Source of the DNA: Planctomycetota bacterium
GTDB taxonomy: Bacteria > Planctomycetota > JAJSAM01 > JAJVHW01
DNA: 64,000 bases
Assembly (NCBI GenBank): GCA_965248445.1
Contig: CBDFJG010000001.1
Coordinates: forward strand, 544,001 to 608,000
Direction: 5' to 3'
This document shows, in pieces, positions 11,212 to 20,459 of this stretch. The position numbers and the translations under genes were made by a program. Position 1 is the stretch's first letter, and each line of letters opens with the position of its first letter. Under the pieces are notes generated by a model, which did no database searches, was not told the origin of the DNA, and saw only the letters and a list, made by a program, of their open reading frames with translations.

Positions 11212-12661
11212 TGTCCCTTGTCCTCGCGCGCAACGCGTCCAGGTAGCGCAGCACGAGCGCGCGATCGCTTGGAGACAGTGCAGTGCGGTCCACCGCCGCC
11301 TCGGCGCGCCGCACCGCTTCGGCCAGTGTGACGAGCGGCGGGGCGTCCTCGCGGGTCGGCACGCCGCCCGGTTCGAGGACGAGCCGCGGTCCGGTCTTCT
11401 TGATCGTCTCGTCGCCGGTGAACAGCGGGATCACGACCTCGCGGCGCGTGTTCTCGGGTTCCGGAGTCTCCGGACCGGGCGGCGGCTCGCCGGACTGCCC
11501 GCCGTCCTCGGGCTGCTGTGGATCAGGCGGCGGTGCCGGTGGTGTTGGTGGTGGCTGTGGTTGATCTTCGGCTCCGCCTCCGCCGCCTCCGCCCGCCGCG
11601 TCGCCTTCGATCACGAACGGAACAGGTTCGGAGCGCACCGTCCGCCCGTCGGGGTGCGTCAGCACCCCAATCGCGACGTGTGCGCCGGGCGTGAGCACGG
11701 CATCCGAACCGGGCAGATCGGTGAGGTCGACGACGCGCCCGGCGCCGTCGGGGCGGCCGGGTCCGAGTGCGAGTCGACCGCCCGCGGGAAGTCGCACGCC
11801 ATCCACAGCGATCTCGAGCGCGAATGCGGCGTCGGTCGCGAGCCCCGCGCCGGGACGTGCGCGAACCGACGCGAGCATGTGGTCCCCCGGCTGGAACGGA
11901 CTGCCCAGCACGCGCAGCCCGACCGCTGCTGGCGGCAGCGCACCCGGATTGTCGGGCGGCGGCGGGACGGGAGGGTCCGCGGCATCCGGTGCGGACGGCT
12001 CCGTAGGCTGCGTGCCCGTCGGTGCTGCACCGTCGTCGTCGTCGTGGGGGTCGAGCGCGCGCGCGCCACCGTCGTTTCTGTGCTCGCTCGGCGACTCCGT
12101 GCTGGCGTCACCACCGGCGCTGCCGGGGAGCAGCGGCAGCAGCGCAGCCAGTCCGGCGATCAGCAACAGCACGACGATCGCGCCTGCACCCGCGCGAAGC
12201 ACGCGCAGCGCCGCCGGATGCGGGCGCGCGGGGAACGTGCGCTCCACCAGCCGTGGTCGCGTGTCGGCCGCCCGCGCGGCGTCCGCGTAGACGTGCTCGG
12301 CGAGTCCGGCCGTGGTCCGCCGGTCGAGCAGCGCCAGGGCCGTCGTCATCCGGTCGTCGAGTCCTCCCGCGCGGTCGAGCCGCCGCGCCAGCCGGCTGCG
12401 GCGCGAGCCGCCGACCCACGCGAGACCGAGCGCCGCCGCGGGAGTCAGGATCAACAGCGGCATCAGCTGCGCCGCCAGCGCGGCGACGTCGATCTCCATC
12501 CCGACGCGAGGTCCGATGAACGGCCACGCGGCGACGACGGCCCCGAAGACGGCCAGAGCCAATCCCGAGACCGTTGCCGCCGTCAGCATGCGGCGGGACC
12601 GCTCGCGCCTAGCGGCGGTGCGCAGCACGGACTCGATGCGATGGCGGGGCGACGGCGTCAT
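11204..12661 (-). CDS. Hypothetical membrane protein with Pro-rich linkers
   Basis: Three TM helices, ARRLD...LDDRMTTA, C-terminal LVLRY; overlaps DUF58 start. Confidence 0.7.
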   Translation of the reverse strand: MTPSPRHRIESVLRTAARRERSRRMLTAATVSGLALAVFGAVVAAWPFIGPRVGMEIDVAALAAQLMPLLILTPAAALGLAWVGGSRRSRLARRLDRAGGLDDRMTTALALLDRRTTAGLAEHVYADAARAADTRPRLVERTFPARPHPAALRVLRAGAGAIVVLLLIAGLAALLPLLPGSAGGDASTESPSEHRNDGGARALDPHDDDDGAAPTGTQPTEPSAPDAADPPVPPPPDNPGALPPAAVGLRVLGSPFQPGDHMLASVRARPGAGLATDAAFALEIAVDGVRLPAGGRLALGPGRPDGAGRVVDLTDLPGSDAVLTPGAHVAIGVLTHPDGRTVRSEPVPFVIEGDAAGGGGGGGAEDQPQPPPTPPAPPPDPQQPEDGGQSGEPPPGPETPEPENTRREVVIPLFTGDETIKKTGPRLVLEPGGVPTREDAPPLVTLAEAVRRAEAAVDRTALSPSDRALVLRYLDALRARTRDSE

Positions 12662-12709
12662 CTCGGGAGGAGCGTACAGGCCCGAGGGCTACCCCGTTAC
12701 TGTCCGGGC

Positions 12710-13570
12710 GTGAGCAGGCGCATCCGCGCATACGAGGCCGGCGGGAACCGCTGGGAAGACGACTTCGAAGCGTCCGACGACGAGCCGGCCGCCGAGCGGA
12801 GCGTGCGCCCTGGCCGCGTGGAGATTCTGTTCGACCACCCGCGCTGCACGGTGGTGTCGAAGCCGTCCGGCGTGCTGACGATCCCCGCCCGTCACGGAGA
12901 GGCGAAGACGATCGTCGATCTCGTGGAGGCCATCTGGCGAAAGAGCGATCCGGACGCGCCGCGCCCGGTCATCTGTCACCGCCTGGACCGCGGCACGTCC
13001 GGATGCCTGCTCCTCGCCAAGGACCGCGAGGCGGCCAAGGAACTGATGCGTCAGTTCAGTGCACGCGAGGTCGAGAAGACGTATCTCGCGTTGGTGATCG
13101 GCGCACCGCAGCCGCCTGCGGGAACCGTCGAATTCCGCGCGGCACCGGACAAGTACAAGCCCGGCGCGATGTGGACGCCCAAGAAGGGCGGCAGCAAGTG
13201 CTGCGATCACTACGAGACGCTCGAAGCGTTCCGTGGCGTCTCGCTGGTCCGTGTCTCGCCCGAGACTGGGCGTACGCACGAGGTTCGGCTGGCCATGCTG
13301 ACGCTGGGCTCGCCCTGCGCGGTTGACCCGCTCTACGGGTCGGCCGATGGACTGCTGCTGTCCACGTGGAAGACCGGCTACCGCACGGGACGCGGCCGCG
13401 TGGGGCGGCCGCTGATCGACCGCCTGACCCTGCACGCCGAGAGCATCGTGTTCCGGCCTCCGGGCGACCCGCCGGAGGGCCCCGCGGTCTCGGTGACCGC
13501 GCCGCTCCCCAGGGACTTCGCAGCGACCCTCCGGCAGCTTCGCCGCCACGCTGCGCCGGGCTCCCTCTGA
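12710..13570 (+). CDS. RluA-family pseudouridine synthase
   Basis: KPSGV, HRLDRGTSG, TGRTHEVR, DPLYG, LHA. Confidence 0.92.
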   Translation: MSRRIRAYEAGGNRWEDDFEASDDEPAAERSVRPGRVEILFDHPRCTVVSKPSGVLTIPARHGEAKTIVDLVEAIWRKSDPDAPRPVICHRLDRGTSGCLLLAKDREAAKELMRQFSAREVEKTYLALVIGAPQPPAGTVEFRAAPDKYKPGAMWTPKKGGSKCCDHYETLEAFRGVSLVRVSPETGRTHEVRLAMLTLGSPCAVDPLYGSADGLLLSTWKTGYRTGRGRVGRPLIDRLTLHAESIVFRPPGDPPEGPAVSVTAPLPRDFAATLRQLRRHAAPGSL

Positions 13571-13672
13571 CCGCCCGCGCAGAACGGGTCTCAAGGCCGG
13601 CGAGCCGAGTACCGACCGCAGGGGTGAGAGAGCAGGTCCGGATTCGACGCGGACGTCGAATGGAGGCTCGAA

Positions 13673-14086
13673 TTGCGCAGGAGCTTGGGGCAAGGGGGCA
13701 TGACCCTCGTCGAGGCGACCGTCTCGATCACCGCTCTCGCCGGCGCCCTGCTCGGCGTGACCGCTTCGGTCCTGGCCACCGCGCGGCTCGATCAGACTGT
13801 CGCGGACAAGCAGGCCGCCAGCCGCGCCCTGTCCTCGCTCGTCGAGGAAGTGCGCGCCACACCGTTCGACGACCTCAGCGGCACCTGGTCGGCCACCACG
13901 CGCAACGTCCGCGTGCAGAACGCCGACGCGGCGGCCACGTTCCTCGTAACGGACGCCGTGGTGTCGGCGTCGTGGCCCGTGCGCCGGGTCCAGATCACCG
14001 TGGACATGCCGGACTCCTCACCGCTCGACGTGCTGCAGACGACGGTGTACGTCAGCGAGCGCGCAGCCGGATCGGGAGGGCTCTAG
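13673..14086 (+). CDS. Type IV pilin-like protein (prepilin cleavage motif)
   Basis: G/MTLVE followed by a hydrophobic helix. Confidence 0.75.
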   Translation: MRRSLGQGGMTLVEATVSITALAGALLGVTASVLATARLDQTVADKQAASRALSSLVEEVRATPFDDLSGTWSATTRNVRVQNADAAATFLVTDAVVSASWPVRRVQITVDMPDSSPLDVLQTTVYVSERAAGSGGL

Positions 14087-14088
14087 CC

Positions 14089-15408
14089 ATGCGCCGTCAG
14101 TCCCCCGCCCGAAGTGAGCGCGGCACGGCACTGCTCGCCGTCGTGTTCCTCGTCACGGTCTGCGCGGCTGTCGCCGCATCGCTTCTGGTCCCCGCGCTGG
14201 CGCGTCACGGTGAGGTCGAGACCTCCGTGGACCGCGACCGCGCTCTCGAACTCGCAGAGTCTGGCCTGGACCGCGGTATCGCGGCCATCCGGCGTCCCGG
14301 CGGCGAGATCACCGCGAACACGAGCGAGGCCTTCACGATGCCGGGCTCGGGCTCCGTCGAGGTCGACTACCTGCTCGGCTCGACGAATGGGCTCGATGAC
14401 GACGGAGACGGTACGGTCGACGACGCGGACGAGGACGAGTTCGTCGAGATCCGCAGCGTCGGTGTATTCGGCAGCGAGCGCCGCGGCGTGGCGGTCGTGC
14501 TGCGGCGAGCGGTCAACGCAGGTGCGCTTCCGGCCGCGCTCATGTTGAACGGCACCGCGCCGATCCTCGATCTGCAGGGCGCGGACTACGTCTTCGACGG
14601 CGAGGAGCACGACCTGAACGGCGACCCTGTGGGCGGCGGCACCGATCTGCCCGCAATTGTCTGTGTGTCACCCGCAAGCGACGTCGTGTCGCAAATCGCA
14701 CCAACGGCATATGGGCAGTCTCTCGGTACCGGAGGGGCGCCGCCGATCGTCTCGGGCCCCGCCGTGGGCCTGGACGAGTGGATCGACCAGCTCGAGATGT
14801 CGGCCGACACGACGCTGACCCCGGGGATCTACGAGAGCGGAACTTTCGGCTCGGCCACGTTCGAGGGCGTTCGCGCGACGTTCGCCGACGGCGACGTCCA
14901 TCTGACCGGCACGACGCAGGGCGCCGGACTCCTGGCGGTGCGAGGCGATCTGACGATCACGGGCGACTCTCAGTGGACAGGCGCCATCTTCGTGAGCGGG
15001 ACGATCCGCATGACCGGCGGTGGTGCGCAGAGCGTGGTGGGCGGCATCGTAGTCGGCCAGGCCATGGAAGGCGCAGCGTACTCCGCGACAGAACTCACTG
15101 CGATGACGGCGACCGAACTGGCGGCCGTTGACGCGGCTTTCGCGGCATACGACACATCGATGTCGGACGTCTACCAGTGGGACGCGACGTCGGGAGAGTG
15201 GGTGCTCGTGCCGTACACCGGTGGCGGCTCTTCGGAAAACGAAGACGACGAAGACGACGAAGACGGCGGGACGCCCGGCTCCGGGCCGTCGATCACCGAC
15301 CTCGCGGGGTCCGCGGAGGTGCTGCACGCGCCCGCCGCGATCGAACTGGTGCTCAGCCGCCTAGGCGCCGTGCGCGTCCTGGCGTGGCGCGAGATGGTCG
15401 CGCCCTAG
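14089..15408 (+). CDS. PilX-like pseudopilin
   Basis: ERG/TALLAV, ALELAESG, NGLDDDGDGTVDD acidic loop, C-terminal WRE. Confidence 0.75.
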   Translation: MRRQSPARSERGTALLAVVFLVTVCAAVAASLLVPALARHGEVETSVDRDRALELAESGLDRGIAAIRRPGGEITANTSEAFTMPGSGSVEVDYLLGSTNGLDDDGDGTVDDADEDEFVEIRSVGVFGSERRGVAVVLRRAVNAGALPAALMLNGTAPILDLQGADYVFDGEEHDLNGDPVGGGTDLPAIVCVSPASDVVSQIAPTAYGQSLGTGGAPPIVSGPAVGLDEWIDQLEMSADTTLTPGIYESGTFGSATFEGVRATFADGDVHLTGTTQGAGLLAVRGDLTITGDSQWTGAIFVSGTIRMTGGGAQSVVGGIVVGQAMEGAAYSATELTAMTATELAAVDAAFAAYDTSMSDVYQWDATSGEWVLVPYTGGGSSENEDDEDDEDGGTPGSGPSITDLAGSAEVLHAPAAIELVLSRLGAVRVLAWREMVAP

Positions 15409-15647
15409 CGTTCAGCCCGATCGAACAGCCCTCGCACGGGCTGGAAGCGGGTCCTGAGCCTCCGAAAGCGCCGGGCGTAGGTTTGCTCGAAGACGCCTGG
15501 GTGGTCGCCGAGAACGGCCTCGAAGCGACCGCGGACCAACTCGATGGCGCGGTCGATCTCGGCAGCGGGCACCTGCTCGGAGCAGATCATCGTGGCCACC
15601 TCGTGAGCGGCCTGGTCCAGCGCCTGGACCTCTGGGTGAACGCGCAT
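15405..15647 (-). CDS. Small hypothetical protein
   Basis: GGAGG RBS; FEQTYARRFRRLRTRF. Confidence 0.6.
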   Translation of the reverse strand: MRVHPEVQALDQAAHEVATMICSEQVPAAEIDRAIELVRGRFEAVLGDHPGVFEQTYARRFRRLRTRFQPVRGLFDRAER

Positions 15648-15708
15648 GTCAGCCTCCCGGGCGCGGCATCCTACTGATCACGGGGGACGGGCGTCCGGCC
15701 AGCCCGCC

Positions 15709-16072
15709 TCACCGTAGTCGGCCCTCGTCGTCCACCTCGACGATGCGGGTCTGCCCATCGGACATGCGGACGGGGAGCGAGGCGGTCCAGCCGGTCGCGC
15801 TGCCCGCGGGTGCGATGTTGAGAGCGCCGAGCCCTGCGGGTTCGACGCCGGGGAAGGTGAAATCCGCGGGGTCGAGGGACGGTTCGTCGCGGTCGCGTTG
15901 CGCGTAGTACAGCGCCATCAAGCGTTCACGGGCCGGCCACGTCGGGTCGGCGGGAGCGTGGAGCGGGGCCTCGCCGGGCGGCAGCGCGGAGAACGTGACG
16001 TAGCCGTAACGCTCGGGGCGGCGGGGCGGTGCATGTCGATTGCGTCCTGCGGGGTCCAGACCCAGTTGTCTT
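15709..16072 (-). pseudogene. C-terminal remnant of a CBM9-like carbohydrate-binding protein, cut by IS66 and frameshifted
   Basis: Removing an 8-bp duplication gives DNWVWTPQDAIDMHRPERYGYVTFS, in frame with ORF 15709-15921. Confidence 0.7.
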
Positions 16073-17572
16073 GTAACCGTTCACCCCTTGACAGCGTGTG
16101 AGCCTCAGCGTGCGAGGGGCAGCGGGACCATGACGGGCGGGTCGGCGCCGGTGAGGTGCGCGGCGACCGAGTCGGCGAGGAAGTCGAAGACTTGGTCGCC
16201 ACGGCGTCGCAGCGTGGCCGCGGCGGTCAACACGCGCTCGGCGAAGCGGAGTCCGCGAGCGGACTGGCTTCCGAAGGAGCCCTTGCGCCAGAGCACCGCT
16301 TTGCGGACCGCGCGCTCGGCGGCGTTGTTGGTCGGACTCACGTCCTGGGTCCGCGCATAGGTGAAGAGGGCGACCACGCGGGGGCGCAGATGGTTGGCCA
16401 GAGCCGAGTCGTCGTTCGCGATCAGTCGCTCGAGCCGTCCGCGCAGCACAGCGGCTTCGCCTTGCAGCCGGTCACGGTCGCCGTGCTCACCGAAGAGCCG
16501 GTAGCTGCGCATGACCGACTGCGCGATCATGACGCCCTTGTTGCCGAAGCGGCGATGTTCTCGCGGGCCTTCGGCCAGCGCACGGAAGGCGCGCTCGATG
16601 TGCGCCCAGCAGAGCTGGCGGCGGGCAAGTGGGTGTGACTCGTAGGCACCCATCCGGTCGCTGATCACCGTGCCACCGAAGCGCCGCCCGATCAGCCGCC
16701 CTTTCGCCTTGGCACTGCGGCGGCGATCGATCCCGAAGGCTGTGGCGTGCTCGCTCTCCGCCGCCCACAGCCAGCACACCCGGCCCCGTTCCTTCCACGA
16801 CGTCTCGTCCACGTTGGCTCGCAGCGACGTGCGGACTGCCCCGAGGGCTTCGAGGTACGACGAGTGCAGAGCGTCACTGAGCCGACGCTCACAGTCGCTG
16901 ATCTTGCCCAGCGACATCTTCACACCGAAGATCTCACCGAGCAGCCGCTGCGTCTCCCGCACGCTCACGCGGTACACGCCGCGCAGCGCGCCGGCAAGTG
17001 TGGTCAGCCGCGGACCGAAGGCCCCGGTCGGCACGCCATCGGGCAGGACCGCCGTCGTGACCGCACGACAGCGCCGGCACCGCGCCTTGTGCAGCCGGTG
17101 CTCCCGCACCGTGACGAGCACGCGCGGGAGCACCGTCACCTGGTGCCGGTACGGATCGCCGATGCCCTGCTCGAGATCGTCGTGTCCGCACGCGTCGCAG
17201 AGGTCGGGACGGTGCTCCTTGGTCTCATCGACGTTGGACGGATCCACCAGCTCGCGCGCCGTGCCCTCATGGCCCGGCTGTCCGCCCTGCTTGCGACCGC
17301 TACGCGGCCTTCGGCCGCGACGGCGCTTGGACCACGCCGGGTCCGACGACGGAGGCCTCGAGCTGTTGCGGGAGTCACGCTTCAGACGCGACTCGAGCTC
17401 GTCGATGCGGCGCAGATGCTTCGCTTCGCGACGCTCCAACTCCTCGATCCAGGCCAGAAGGCCCTCGACCATCGCCCGCAGATCCTCGTCCTGCCGCTCG
17501 CCCACAACATCTTGATCGACCGATGGCCGAACGATCTGGATCCTGGCTCGCGACGAAGGGGTGAACGGTTAC
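16073..17572 (-). mobile_element. IS66-family element (single-ORF, ISBst12-like), copy A; no target duplication
   Basis: Terminal IRs GTAACCGTTCACCCC / GGGGTGAACGGTTAC; flanks differ. Confidence 0.92.
16105..17505 (-). CDS. IS66-family transposase
   Basis: NSSRPPSSD, GGQPGHEG, DETSW, QLCWAH, TNNAAER. Confidence 0.95.
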   Translation of the reverse strand: MGERQDEDLRAMVEGLLAWIEELERREAKHLRRIDELESRLKRDSRNSSRPPSSDPAWSKRRRGRRPRSGRKQGGQPGHEGTARELVDPSNVDETKEHRPDLCDACGHDDLEQGIGDPYRHQVTVLPRVLVTVREHRLHKARCRRCRAVTTAVLPDGVPTGAFGPRLTTLAGALRGVYRVSVRETQRLLGEIFGVKMSLGKISDCERRLSDALHSSYLEALGAVRTSLRANVDETSWKERGRVCWLWAAESEHATAFGIDRRRSAKAKGRLIGRRFGGTVISDRMGAYESHPLARRQLCWAHIERAFRALAEGPREHRRFGNKGVMIAQSVMRSYRLFGEHGDRDRLQGEAAVLRGRLERLIANDDSALANHLRPRVVALFTYARTQDVSPTNNAAERAVRKAVLWRKGSFGSQSARGLRFAERVLTAAATLRRRGDQVFDFLADSVAAHLTGADPPVMVPLPLAR

Positions 17573-17664
17573 CGTTCAGCGGCACCGTCTGGGACGTCAA
17601 CAACCTCGGGTCGTTCAGCGTCTTCGAGGGCAACGACAACGGCTACCAGACGCTCTACCAGTAG
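17573..17664 (+). pseudogene. 3' stub of an unknown gene abutting IS66
   Basis: FSGTVWDVNNLGSFSVFEGNDNGYQTLYQ* with host-like codon usage, starts at the IS end. Confidence 0.5.
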
Positions 17665-17667
17665 TCC

Positions 17668-18576
17668 TCAGCCGGCCTGGATGGCGGTGATGCAGGCGAC
17701 ATCCACGATGTCGCCTGCAGTCGCGCCGCGCGACAGGTCGTTCATGGGACGAGCGAGTCCCTGCAGCACGGGCCCGAGCGCTGCGCCGCCCGCCAGCCGC
17801 TGCGTCAGCTTGTAGGCGATGTTCCCGGCACCGAGGTCCGGGAACACCAGCACGTTGGCGTTGCCGCCGACCGCGCTTCCGGGCGCCTTGCGGGCCGCTA
17901 CCGACGGAACCAGCGCAGCGTCTCCCTGCAACTCCCCGTCCACCGTGAGCTCCGGCTCGCGACCGCGAATCAGATCGACGGCGCGGCGCACCTTCGCGAC
18001 GTCGTCATGCTCGGCGCTGCCCTTCGTCGAGAAGGAGAGCAGTGCCACGCGCGGTTCCTCCTCGAGGAACAGGCGGGCGCTGGTGGCGCCGGCGATCGCG
18101 ATGTCCGCCAGTTGCCCGGCCGTGGGGTCGGGCACCACGCCGCAGTCCGTGAACACGAAGGTGCGGCCGTCCGGCAGCGCCATCAGGAAGAAGCTCGAGA
18201 CCGTGGTGATCCCGGTGGCCATGCCGATGCCGACGATCGCCGCGCGGACGGTCTCGGCGGTAGTGTGCACGGCGCCTGCGACGCAGCCGTCCGCGTCTCC
18301 GGCCCTCACCATCAGCGCGGCGCGAAGCAGTGGATCGTCGAGCGCGGCGCGCGCGTCCGCGACGGTCATCCCCTTGTGCGCGCGGGCCTCGGCGAGCATC
18401 TCCGCGTAGGCGTCGAGGCGATCGGCCGACACGGCCGGCGTCAGCGGCTCGGCCAGGCGCTCGTCTGCGAGCCGCGTCGCCGCTTCGCGCACACGGTCGT
18501 CCTCCATCTCGGGCAGCACGATCCGGCGCCGGCGCGCGCGGGCACGTTCGTGCAGGCGGTCGAGGACGTCGCTCAC
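17668..18576 (-). CDS. pta: Phosphate acetyltransferase (PTA_PTB family)
   Basis: [49 protein letters not shown]. Confidence 0.92.
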   Translation of the reverse strand: MSDVLDRLHERARARRRRIVLPEMEDDRVREAATRLADERLAEPLTPAVSADRLDAYAEMLAEARAHKGMTVADARAALDDPLLRAALMVRAGDADGCVAGAVHTTAETVRAAIVGIGMATGITTVSSFFLMALPDGRTFVFTDCGVVPDPTAGQLADIAIAGATSARLFLEEEPRVALLSFSTKGSAEHDDVAKVRRAVDLIRGREPELTVDGELQGDAALVPSVAARKAPGSAVGGNANVLVFPDLGAGNIAYKLTQRLAGGAALGPVLQGLARPMNDLSRGATAGDIVDVACITAIQAG

Positions 18577-20384
18577 TCGGCGTCTTCCCCGAACGTCTCG
18601 ACCAGACCGATGTCCACCGTGACCTCGGAGGCGAGCAGGTACTGCGCGTAAGTCTTGCCCTGCGCGTCGAGCAGCAGCGACAGCGTCCCTCCGCCACCCA
18701 GGCTCTCGTGCAGCAGGAAGTTCAGCGCGAGGAGGTTCGGGACCTCGAATCGCTCGACCTCGCCGTGACAGATGCCCTCGAAACGCTCCTTCACGAACTC
18801 TGCAGTCAGGTGACTTCGCATCCACGCGTACACCGCCGGAGTGCGCGCGATGACACCGATGTTGCAGGCGTCTCCCTTGTCCCCGGAGCGGGCGAGACAG
18901 AGTTCTTCGAGGTGCACCACCGTGCGGCGGCCGCTGGTCGGGATGCGCGTGCCCGGCATCTGAGGGGTGAAGTCCTCTTGCCCGCCGGCACCCGGCACGG
19001 CGGACGACAGTTCCACCTCTCTGTCGCCGACCACTACCCGCACGTTGATCACGTCGCGGCCGATGAGCGCCGGCCAGTAGCCGACGACACCCGAAGCGCG
19101 CGGCCGACCCTGGTCCGCGAGGTACGTGATCCCCGGCACGGTGCCGAGCACACGCGGCACGAGTTGCACGGCAAACTCGTGTTCGAGCTTGTTGCGATCT
19201 GCGTCGCGCGCGGCGACCTGGAGCAACACCTCGGAGGGCGGCAGCGCATCGTCGTCGAGAGGCGGGTGCGTGGAGCTCCACCCGACCAGCGCGGTCTCGG
19301 TGTCCTGGTACTGATCGCGGCCGCCGGCCGAGTCCCAGAACGACTCCGCGACGACCTCCGCCTTGCGCAGGGCGTCGGGGCCGGAGATGAGGAGCCGCCC
19401 GAACGCGCGGTAGCCGTGGGAGAAGCTGATCGAGACCTTGAACTTCTCCGGTGCCGGGCCACCGCGGGCGCCGGTGACGCGCACGCGGTTCTCCCCCACC
19501 TGCTCCAGCTGGATGGAGTCGAAGCGTGCGATGCAGTCCGGCGCGATGTATCGCGGGGAGCCCATCTCGTACACGAGTTGTTCGCTCACCGTGTGTACGC
19601 TGACCAGTCCGCCTGTGTCCGGATGCTTCGTCACGACGAACGTCCCGTCGGCGTTCGCCTCGATGAGCGGATAGCCCATGTTCAGGAACGACGGCACGAT
19701 CTGCCAGTCGGTGAAGTTGCCGCCGGTGCACTGCGTACCGCACTCGATGATGTGTCCTGCGATCACCCCCGCGCCGAGGCGGTCCCAGTCGTCCTCCGCC
19801 CAGCCGAATTCGTGGATCATCGGGGCGAGCGTCACAGCGGTGTCGGTGATGCGACCCGCGAGCACAACGTTGGCTCCCATCGAGAGCGCCTGCGACACGG
19901 GACGGGCGCCGAGGTACACGTTCGCAGACATGACGCTGTTCCGCTCGTCGGAGAGCGGGCGGCCGGTGTCCATGTGGTCGAGCGTCTCGCCGCGGGAGGC
20001 GAGCGCGTCGATGTCTTCGAACACGTCGTCGCCCAACACGACGCCGACGCGCAAATCGTCGGCGATACCGAGTTCCTCGGCCAGTGCAACGAGCGCATCG
20101 CGGCAGGCGAGTGGATTCACCCCGCCCGCGTTGCTGATGATCGTGACGCCCTTCTCGATGCAGAGCGGCAGGACGTCGCGCATCTGGCGCAGGAAGTCCG
20201 CGGCATAGCCCTTGGAAGGGTCCCGCTGGCGCTGCTTCTGCAGGATCGCCATCGTGACCTCGGCCAGGTAGTCCATGACCAGGTAGTCGATGGGCCCGCC
20301 CTCGACCTGCCTTTTCGCGGCGGTGGGATCGTCTCCCCAGAACCCGCCGCAGTTGGCGATGACGATGCGATCTCTACGCGGCAC
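18573..20384 (-). CDS. Acyclic terpene utilisation AtuA family protein (DUF1446) with C-terminal AtuA-related domain
   Basis: [33 protein letters not shown]. Confidence 0.9.
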   Translation of the reverse strand: MPRRDRIVIANCGGFWGDDPTAAKRQVEGGPIDYLVMDYLAEVTMAILQKQRQRDPSKGYAADFLRQMRDVLPLCIEKGVTIISNAGGVNPLACRDALVALAEELGIADDLRVGVVLGDDVFEDIDALASRGETLDHMDTGRPLSDERNSVMSANVYLGARPVSQALSMGANVVLAGRITDTAVTLAPMIHEFGWAEDDWDRLGAGVIAGHIIECGTQCTGGNFTDWQIVPSFLNMGYPLIEANADGTFVVTKHPDTGGLVSVHTVSEQLVYEMGSPRYIAPDCIARFDSIQLEQVGENRVRVTGARGGPAPEKFKVSISFSHGYRAFGRLLISGPDALRKAEVVAESFWDSAGGRDQYQDTETALVGWSSTHPPLDDDALPPSEVLLQVAARDADRNKLEHEFAVQLVPRVLGTVPGITYLADQGRPRASGVVGYWPALIGRDVINVRVVVGDREVELSSAVPGAGGQEDFTPQMPGTRIPTSGRRTVVHLEELCLARSGDKGDACNIGVIARTPAVYAWMRSHLTAEFVKERFEGICHGEVERFEVPNLLALNFLLHESLGGGGTLSLLLDAQGKTYAQYLLASEVTVDIGLVETFGEDAE

Positions 20385-20459
20385 GACGCCTCCTTCCGAA
20401 GCGCCACATTGTAGGCGTGCTGCGCCGAGACTCGGTGGGCTTCGATGCGCGTGCTCGGA

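Noticed and set aside
8376..12661. Novel system in the DUF58/vWA cluster lacking MoxR
   Set aside because: Common module; the ATPase may be encoded elsewhere in the genome.
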